Positions 27,532 through 34,450 of a DNA stretch of 64,000 nucleotides are shown here, piece by piece; positions within the stretch are counted from its first letter, which is position 1; every line of letters starts with the position of its first letter. The notes beneath the pieces are model-generated. The model ran no database searches. It saw nothing but the letters and a program-made list of their open reading frames with translations, and had not been told where the DNA came from. The stretch is taken from assembly GCA_021828685.1 (NCBI GenBank), contig JAJZDJ010000001.1:6191-70190 (forward strand). Reading direction: 5' to 3'. Source of the DNA: Actinomycetes bacterium. Its GTDB lineage: Bacteria > Actinomycetota > Acidimicrobiia > Acidimicrobiales > Palsa-688. The position numbers and the translations under genes are program-made.

Positions 27532-27757
27532 CGAAGCCGACTCGGCGCTCGTCGCTCACCGTGTTCATCTCCACATAGGCGATACGGCCGGCGGGGACAC
27601 CGATCCGCCTCCCCTTTCGGTCCGTCAGCCACAGGATACCGGACTGGGATGAAAGAACCTCCTCAACTTGGGCTCCCAGCTGTTCCGGGTCGACGCCTTC
27701 GGGAAGCTCCAACTCGATTTCCTTGGGTGATTGAACCACTCCGATTCGTACGTCCAC
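27512..27757 (-). CDS. DUF3107-family small protein
   Basis: 81 aa with VRIGVVQSPKEIELE...ILWLTDRKGRRIGVPAGRIAYVE. It overlaps the ArsA-like gene by 20 nt. GTG start. Confidence 0.7.
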   Translation of the reverse strand: MDVRIGVVQSPKEIELELPEGVDPEQLGAQVEEVLSSQSGILWLTDRKGRRIGVPAGRIAYVEMNTVSDERRVGFGAAVRG

Positions 27758-27787
27758 TGCGGTCTCCCTGGCTTGGCGTCCTTACCC

Positions 27788-29590
27788 TCACATCGTAGGG
27801 GTTCTCGCGGCAGTGGCGGATCCGAGGGTCCACAAGGCGAGGGCCGCTGCGGCGCCGGCGCTCAAAGCCGCCCCCACGAATATGGTGTGCAACTCCCCTA
27901 CGACAGCGTTGGTGCTAGCTGCGTTGAATGCAGGGCAGCTCGTCGGGTGGGAGGGACACAGCGTGAAAGCAGACGGAATCCGTGCCTCGACCAGGTAGAA
28001 GCGATGGAGTGCCACGGCGGTGAGAGCGGACAGACCTGCGAGCATGCCTACCGTTCGAGACACGACGCCGAGAGCGCCGGCGAGAGCGTGAAATCGATCC
28101 TCGACCGCTCCGAGGATAGCGACGTTGAGCGGGGAAGCGGCCAGGCCGAAACCGAGACCGCAAACGAGGAGCTCCAAGTCGCTCGGGCGGATCGCCCCTC
28201 CAAGGGCGGTAGCTGACCATGTCGACATGACGACGAACGCTGCCCCGGAAAGCACCATTCCGCACGCAGCGATGTAGGGGGCACGCCGGCGATTACGGCA
28301 AAGGACGCCTCCGACGACGGCCCCGATCGGTACGGCGACGAGAAAGCGCACGAGGACGAACGACGCGGCTATCTCGGAGTTCGGGTCTACCGTCGAGCGC
28401 GCGAAAAGTGGGATGTCAACGAGCGCCGCTATCAAAGCGGCACCCAGCCACAGATTCACCAGCAGTGATCCCCAAGCCGGGCGTGCGGCAAAGCTGCCAC
28501 GCGGGATGAGGGCGTGCTCGGCGTGGCGTTGCCGCCACCAGAACAACGCCGCAAGCAGAACGCCAATGGGTGCCACCACCGGGGTGCTCGACGCGAGAAC
28601 CTGCTTCGCGGGGTTCGCCGTCGAGAAGGCGATGACGATGCAGGACAAAACCCCTGCCAGAAGAAGTGCCCCCGCCAGGTCGGCTCGCCTCAAGCGTCCC
28701 CAAGGGATGACCGCGCCGGACGAGCGTCGAATCTTCCCTCGGGCGAATGCCGTCCAGGCTCCTGACGCTGCGAGGAGCGCTGCCGATGCGACCACGACCG
28801 GAGCGGACAAAGATGCCCAAGGTCCGCCAGCCAACGGTGCGTACGCACTTCCGAAAGTGACGCTGTCGGCGAGGCTTGCCGGCGCCTCGAGTCCGGCGAT
28901 CAAACCGACGGCCCCGAGGAGACCGAGAGCCGCGCCGACGAGGTTCCGGTGGTAGCGCCGGCCCTTCTCAGAGCCTTGTGCAACGAGATCGTCGTGCCGA
29001 CCCGACGGGATACCCCGGTCGGTGAACCACAACACGGCGCCCAGAATGGCGGTGATCGGTAGGTTCACCCAGAAAATCGTCCGCCAGCTCGACACGGCGA
29101 CGACCGCAGCGCCGTAGAGGGGGCCTATGAGACTTCCGAGCTCTTGCACGGCGCCGATGATCCCTAGAGGGATGCCGCGCTGGTCGGGCGGCCAGCGCGC
29201 CGCAACCATCGCAAGCGCTACGGGGATCATCCCTCCGCCGCCGACCCCTTGAAGCGAACGCCCGAGCACGACGACCGAGAGGGTGTGCGAGGTGGCGGTG
29301 ATCAGCGATCCGACAGCGAACGCCAGAAGGCAGATCCGAAGAGACGTGGCTGTCCCGGCCTCGTCGGTTATCCGCCCGATGAGCGGGAGCACTGCCGTGT
29401 AGCCGAGAAGGAAACCGCTGATGATCGGCGCAGCGCGCTGGAGGTGATCAACGCCTATCCCGACGCTGGTCATGATGTTCGGGAGGGCGACTACGACGAC
29501 GTAGGTGTCCGATGCGGCGAGGAGTACCGCGAGCGCTGCCAAAGAAAGGCGTGTCCTGTCCGTCCGCGAAACCGGAAGGTGCGTGGCCAA
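27788..29590 (-). CDS. MFS transporter, DHA2-like (about 14 TMS; P55-like)
   Basis: 600-aa polytopic protein with the MFS motif GRITDEAGT, located directly downstream of an LprG-like lipoprotein gene. Confidence 0.85.
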   Translation of the reverse strand: MATHLPVSRTDRTRLSLAALAVLLAASDTYVVVVALPNIMTSVGIGVDHLQRAAPIISGFLLGYTAVLPLIGRITDEAGTATSLRICLLAFAVGSLITATSHTLSVVVLGRSLQGVGGGGMIPVALAMVAARWPPDQRGIPLGIIGAVQELGSLIGPLYGAAVVAVSSWRTIFWVNLPITAILGAVLWFTDRGIPSGRHDDLVAQGSEKGRRYHRNLVGAALGLLGAVGLIAGLEAPASLADSVTFGSAYAPLAGGPWASLSAPVVVASAALLAASGAWTAFARGKIRRSSGAVIPWGRLRRADLAGALLLAGVLSCIVIAFSTANPAKQVLASSTPVVAPIGVLLAALFWWRQRHAEHALIPRGSFAARPAWGSLLVNLWLGAALIAALVDIPLFARSTVDPNSEIAASFVLVRFLVAVPIGAVVGGVLCRNRRRAPYIAACGMVLSGAAFVVMSTWSATALGGAIRPSDLELLVCGLGFGLAASPLNVAILGAVEDRFHALAGALGVVSRTVGMLAGLSALTAVALHRFYLVEARIPSAFTLCPSHPTSCPAFNAASTNAVVGELHTIFVGAALSAGAAAALALWTLGSATAARTPTM

Positions 29591-29598
29591 ACTCGTCG

Positions 29599-30303
29599 TC
29601 AGGACACCGGAGGCAAAGCGATCGTCACGTGCTCACCGTAGTTCGAGAGGGTGACCGTGTAGGTGGAGTTCGAAGTTGCGCTTGTGAGCGGGCCGACCAG
29701 GGTCACCGATCTCAGCTGGAAATTTGCCGGGTCTATCGCAGCGGTCATATCGACTGGTAGAGCGGGGTTGGCGTCAGGAAGCACGGGCACGTCTTTGCCC
29801 GGAATCTGGTAAGCGACTGTATCTAGGAGCTCGCCTCCGATGCGCTCCTGGCCGCCGAGTTTCGCATTGCCTCCGAGGGTCAGAAGGCGGCTGAGGCCGC
29901 TCGACGGGCTGAGCAGCGACGCCGGGTTCTCCAATCCGAAAGACGCTGGACTTGTCTTGGTGTACGAACTTGACAGCGGCAGCTCCGCCTCGAACACAGA
30001 CCCGACAGAGACGACTTTGACCGTCGCAGTGAACCCGCTGATCGCAACAGCGAAGGATCCTTGAAGGCTGCTCGGCCGTTCGAAGTCGCCGCTACCCCCG
30101 ACCAGGTTCGTGCCTTTGCTTGCCACGTTCTTGCTGCTCAGCGCGAAGTGCAGACTGGGAGCGGCGTCGACGGCTGCCTTGGCTTTGGCCAGGAGATCTC
30201 CGGCAGACAGCTTCGGGCTAGTCGTGGAACCGCACCCAGCGGTGATCACACACGTTGCAATGGCCAGAACCGTCAGGTTCCTTCTTCGGAAAATTGCTTT
30301 CAT
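29599..30303 (-). CDS. lprG: LppX/LprG-family lipoprotein
   Basis: The ATG at 30303 gives MKAIFRRRNLTVLAIATCVITAGC (signal peptide plus lipobox). The body resembles the LppX_LprAFG fold family. The ORF-track N-terminal extension is rejected. Confidence 0.72.
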   Translation of the reverse strand: MKAIFRRRNLTVLAIATCVITAGCGSTTSPKLSAGDLLAKAKAAVDAAPSLHFALSSKNVASKGTNLVGGSGDFERPSSLQGSFAVAISGFTATVKVVSVGSVFEAELPLSSSYTKTSPASFGLENPASLLSPSSGLSRLLTLGGNAKLGGQERIGGELLDTVAYQIPGKDVPVLPDANPALPVDMTAAIDPANFQLRSVTLVGPLTSATSNSTYTVTLSNYGEHVTIALPPVS

Positions 30304-30452
30304 GGCGTGGGGTTTCTGTTCGGTGTTACAACCGACTTGCTGTCGATCGGGGCCGTTGCGTTGTGCAATCCCGCGCGGCCGCTGGCTAACGAGGCACAAT
30401 ACAGGCTGAAATTGGTCCGTGGGCCACGACGCCCGAGTTGCAAGGAGCCGGA

Positions 30453-30803
30453 ATGATCCACCCGAACGAAGTCCTCGGAGAGCTGCGGCAACCGGCAAGG
30501 GACCTGCGTGAGCACATCCCTGAAGTGATCGGTGCTTTCGCCACAATGCAGCGGGCCGCCCTAGCGGACGGAGCGCTCTCGTCGAAGGTCAAGGAGCTGA
30601 TCGCGCTCGCGATCTCGGTCACCCGCGAATGCGATGGCTGCATCTCATCCCACGCCAGGGGAGCGGCCCGTAGGGGAGCGAGCGAGGAGGAGGTGGCGGA
30701 GGCTATCGGAGTGGCGGTCCTGCTCAACGGTGGGCCCGCCACCGTTTGGGGACCCCGCGCCCTGGCAGCTTTCCGTGAGGTGGAAGCAGCGCAGGAGTCC
30801 TGA
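30453..30803 (+). CDS. Carboxymuconolactone decarboxylase / AhpD-like family protein
   Basis: ELIALAISVTRECDGCISSH (the CxxC motif of the AhpD core). An AAGGAG ribosome-binding site lies 5 nt upstream of the ATG at 30453. Confidence 0.8.
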   Translation: MIHPNEVLGELRQPARDLREHIPEVIGAFATMQRAALADGALSSKVKELIALAISVTRECDGCISSHARGAARRGASEEEVAEAIGVAVLLNGGPATVWGPRALAAFREVEAAQES

Positions 30804-30838
30804 CTTTCGGAGTGTGAGCTCTGCGCACTGGTTGTTGT

Positions 30839-31771
30839 CTACTGCTCGCTGTTGTTGCAACCTAGAGCGGAGCTGAGGGTGCCGAGGTCCTGCTCCATCA
30901 GCGCGAAATAAGTTGCGCCTTTCGGCCAGCCGCCCGGGGGCGGCCCGACGAGGGTGTCGATCGAATGCAAAGTTACGTGGGCGACCGTCGCGACAGCGCG
31001 GGCTCCGGCGTTGGAAACCCACGGCTCGGTGACGACAGCGCCAGGGTTGGATTCGCGAACCGCGCGGACAAGGGCGTCTATCTGGGGCCTGTTGGGGTCC
31101 GGACCGGCCGCCTTGGCCACGAAACCGTATTGGGCGGCCATAGAGCTGAACGCGTCGTCGGCGCTGACCAGAACCTTGCCGGGGCACGCCGACAAGGTCC
31201 GCGCGAAGTCGCCGTCGAGAGAGGAAACTTCGGCGGACAAAGATATGGCGTTCTGCACGAAAAGCGGCGCTGCCGCCGGGTCGGCCTTCTCCATCGCCTT
31301 CGCGATCAAGCTCACCGACTCGTTCATGAGAGTTGGGTCCAACCAAAAGTACGGGTCGCTGCTGCCCAGCGCCGGAGCCACCAAAAGCGAACTTTGAGAT
31401 GACCCGCCCGCCACCGACGACGCGGCCGGGACCAGGCCTTCGCCGGGCGACACCAGCAGGCTTGCGTCGCGAAGCGTCGCGCGCCGGCTGGACGTCAACT
31501 TGTAGGTCAACGGATCGTCGCCGGCCGGCACGACGTTGATCACCTTCACTTTTGCGCCGCCGATCAGACCTACCGCCTGCGCAATTGGAAACGTTCCTGC
31601 AGCAACTGAGAGCACCGGCGCGTGGCCGACCGAGCTTGGCAGGCTCGTGGAGCACGCTCCTAGCGTCGCGGAGGCGGCGATCAGCGCAGAGAAGGCGAGC
31701 GCCGGCTTGGACCGGGTCAGGGACCGCAGGGCCGGCGCTACCAGAGGGGTTTGCGATTTAGAAGTGCTCAC
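30839..31771 (-). CDS. ZnuA/TroA-like (cluster A-1) solute-binding lipoprotein, apparently degenerate at metal ligands
   Basis: Signal/lipobox ATLGAC. The fold-family blocks GDDPLTYK, SDPYFWLDP and DDAFSSMAAQYGF align with the DPHxY, DPHxW and HDAFxYF blocks, but each His is replaced. No adjacent ABC permease or ATPase is present. Confidence 0.7.
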   Translation of the reverse strand: MSTSKSQTPLVAPALRSLTRSKPALAFSALIAASATLGACSTSLPSSVGHAPVLSVAAGTFPIAQAVGLIGGAKVKVINVVPAGDDPLTYKLTSSRRATLRDASLLVSPGEGLVPAASSVAGGSSQSSLLVAPALGSSDPYFWLDPTLMNESVSLIAKAMEKADPAAAPLFVQNAISLSAEVSSLDGDFARTLSACPGKVLVSADDAFSSMAAQYGFVAKAAGPDPNRPQIDALVRAVRESNPGAVVTEPWVSNAGARAVATVAHVTLHSIDTLVGPPPGGWPKGATYFALMEQDLGTLSSALGCNNSEQ

Positions 31772-32516
31772 TCAGGGGACCGACCGTCAGAGCACGCCGG
31801 CTCCAGCGTTCGGCGAGTAATGGCAGGCTGTCGACGGTCGCACGCCAGCTTCCAGGCGCCGAGGTCACGTCAGAGTCATGGAGCAGGACCGTGTCGCCAC
31901 CGACAGAGGTGCGTTCGACCTCGTCAGCGACCTGAGCCCCGCTCGTGCCTGCCTGCCAGTCCTTGCCCCACGCGCTCCAAAGCAGGAGAGTCAAGCCACT
32001 CCGCCTAGCGGCAACGAGGGTCGGCGCAGCCACGGCACCATAGGGAGGACGAAACCAGCGTAGCTGCCGCCCCGAAAGCCCTTCTAGAAGGTCACGGGCG
32101 GTCAGAACGTCTTTGACTACCGCCGGAGCGCTGCGAAGGAGGTGACTTTTATGAGACTCCCCGTGCACCGCAAGCTCGTGGCCCCGGTTCGCCACTTCTG
32201 CGACGACCTGCGGGTAGAGCCGGGCTTGCGATCCGAGGCAGAAGAAGGTGGCTCGCCAAGCCAACTCGTCGAGGGCGTCGAGAATCCGGGGCGTCGACGT
32301 CGGGTCGGGGCCGTCGTCGAAGGTGAGGGCGATGTGATCCGCTCGGCCGATGCCTGCGAGCCTAGGTATCAGAGCGCACCGGGCGGATCGCCATCCCACC
32401 GCCGCTGGGGCTATGTGGGCGACCACGGTTGCCGCTCCGAAGCAAGCGGCAACCGTGGGAGCAAGCGACCGGCGATGGTTCGGCCCCCGGCTCGTTTCTG
32501 GCGCTGACAGTCTCAT
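31758..32516 (-). CDS. Polysaccharide deacetylase (CE4 / NodB homology domain)
   Basis: LTFDDGPDP, FFCLG and HGESH motifs. It overlaps the downstream SBP gene by 14 nt and the upstream GT gene by 4 nt. Confidence 0.85.
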   Translation of the reverse strand: MRLSAPETSRGPNHRRSLAPTVAACFGAATVVAHIAPAAVGWRSARCALIPRLAGIGRADHIALTFDDGPDPTSTPRILDALDELAWRATFFCLGSQARLYPQVVAEVANRGHELAVHGESHKSHLLRSAPAVVKDVLTARDLLEGLSGRQLRWFRPPYGAVAAPTLVAARRSGLTLLLWSAWGKDWQAGTSGAQVADEVERTSVGGDTVLLHDSDVTSAPGSWRATVDSLPLLAERWSRRALTVGPLSEHF

Positions 32517-34378
32517 CCAAGGCTGCTGAGCGGAGCAGGCAGAATTCCCTCAGTGCGGGTTGCTACCAGCAGCCTTCGAAGGTAGGCGTTGAGGCCGTTC
32601 GGGTTGGATGCGAGGCCGTCCACCATGTAAACCTGCCTCGGGGCGACCTTGATCGCTGCCGCCCCCGGGTGCAGGACGTGATTCGGCACGACGAGCTTCA
32701 AGTGGTAGGTGTCAGACTGCGTCAGGTCCCACGCGTTGAGCTGCCGCCCAGGCACGCTTTGGCTGACGACGACACTGAGGTCCGCCGAGATCTGTCCCGC
32801 TGCCCTAGCGTCGGAGGCGGCCTGCTGCCACGGGGGACCGTTGTCCAATGTCGCCGGTGCTACCGGGCCCGACGCTCCGAGACTGCTCGCTCCGCCGTCG
32901 TCGATGGTAAGTCCCTCCGCCACGAACGTGCGTAGCTGGGCAGCCGCCTGGAATGCAGTGGGCGCGTCAACCACCGCGGTCGCGTCAAGAGCGAGCAGGT
33001 CACCGCCTATTCGCGGGTCGCTGGCTTCGGCTGTGCTCAGACTCACGCCGAAGTAGGCGACGGTTTGAATGCCGGCCGGCGGCTGAAGCACACCCGCACC
33101 GGCCTCCGTCGCCATCGCGACACCAGTCGTAAGGCCCGCCCATCCGAGGGCGGCTGCCAGGAGGCCTCCCATCGTCACCCTCACCGCCCGCCGTGCGGTA
33201 CGGGCACCGGAAGGCGCCGAAACGTATGCCGGGCCTGCAGAAAGGATCAGATCGGTCGGGGAATCGCGAAAGATTGCCCGCCCGGCCTGAACCTGCTCTC
33301 GACGCTCTACGCCATCCGCCGACAGCGCCTCGAGAGCGCGGTGCAGCGACTGACGGTCAGCAGCAAGCCGACTGACTCCAGCGTCGTGCATTCGCTGCGT
33401 GTTGTGGCGACCGTGGCCAGCGATCGGCTGGTAGCTGACGACGGGTAGGCCTGCACGCAAGGCCTCCAAGGACGTCAGGCCTCCGGCGTTCTCGACGAGG
33501 ACATCGCAGGCGGCCATGAGAGCAGGCATGTCGTCGGTCCAGCCGAGGATCCTGCTCTGGCTGCCTTTTCGCTCGGCGTGCCGGCGGAGGCGCTCTCGAA
33601 GCCTCTCGTCACGCCCGCACACCACTACGGGTACGAAACGATCGTCGGAGGAAATCTCGGCCCACGTTTCGAGGATGCTTCCGACCCCCCACGAGCCGGC
33701 CACGACCAGGACGGCGCGCTGGTCATCGTCGAGTCCGAGTTGCTCCCGTACGACGCTGCGGGCAGGAAGCTGTGACTGCTCGAATCGAAGTGGCACGGCA
33801 GGGCCGCACGCGATACTTGGACGCTTAGAAAGCCGGTTCGCCTCGATGGCGGAACCCTCGTGAATTGCAAGATTGACGTCGACGCCTGGGTGCACCCAGA
33901 GGGGGTGCACGCCGAAGTCGGTTATGAAGTTGACGACCGGCACGGCGAGGCGGCCTCGGCGGCGTAACCTCCCCAGGCAGATGGTCGCCAAGGGATAGGT
34001 CGACACGACCACCGTCGGATCGAACTTCGACACCCATCGGAGCAGCCTGCGCCGGGTGAGCATCGTCACGACCACTGCGAGAAACCTCGACAGCCAGGGA
34101 ACCCGGTACCAGAGCCGGTAGGACGCTTCGTACGCCGACGGCACGTGCCTAAGCTCGAACTCGTATCCGGAACGAAGTGCCGAGCCGATCCCGAGCGGCG
34201 CGCTGGCGAGGAAGTCCTCGATGACGGAGTCGTGGCCTTCCGCGCGGAGTTGCTGAGCAAGGTTGCGAGCGGCGCCGTCGTGACCCGCTCCCATGCTCGC
34301 TGAGATGATCAGAACGCGCCCGCTCGGCGGCGAACTCAGGGTGCTCGAGGGCGAAGCGAGCGTGTCTGTCCTGCGCAC
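32513..34378 (-). CDS. MGDG-synthase-like GT28 glycosyltransferase with a TM segment and about 230-aa C-terminal extracytoplasmic extension
   Basis: The N-terminus ISASMGAGHDGAARNL and the GT-B C-lobe (VENAGGLTSLEALRAGLPVV) define the GT28 part. A hydrophobic segment (MGGLLAAALGWAGLTTGVAMA) and an unassigned domain follow. Confidence 0.78.
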   Translation of the reverse strand: MRRTDTLASPSSTLSSPPSGRVLIISASMGAGHDGAARNLAQQLRAEGHDSVIEDFLASAPLGIGSALRSGYEFELRHVPSAYEASYRLWYRVPWLSRFLAVVVTMLTRRRLLRWVSKFDPTVVVSTYPLATICLGRLRRRGRLAVPVVNFITDFGVHPLWVHPGVDVNLAIHEGSAIEANRLSKRPSIACGPAVPLRFEQSQLPARSVVREQLGLDDDQRAVLVVAGSWGVGSILETWAEISSDDRFVPVVVCGRDERLRERLRRHAERKGSQSRILGWTDDMPALMAACDVLVENAGGLTSLEALRAGLPVVSYQPIAGHGRHNTQRMHDAGVSRLAADRQSLHRALEALSADGVERREQVQAGRAIFRDSPTDLILSAGPAYVSAPSGARTARRAVRVTMGGLLAAALGWAGLTTGVAMATEAGAGVLQPPAGIQTVAYFGVSLSTAEASDPRIGGDLLALDATAVVDAPTAFQAAAQLRTFVAEGLTIDDGGASSLGASGPVAPATLDNGPPWQQAASDARAAGQISADLSVVVSQSVPGRQLNAWDLTQSDTYHLKLVVPNHVLHPGAAAIKVAPRQVYMVDGLASNPNGLNAYLRRLLVATRTEGILPAPLSSLG

Positions 34379-34450
34379 TGGGTCACAGGCTAGCGGTTCA
34401 ACTCGATGGAACTGTATGTGAATCCTGCATAATCGTTGGCTGCGTCGCCC

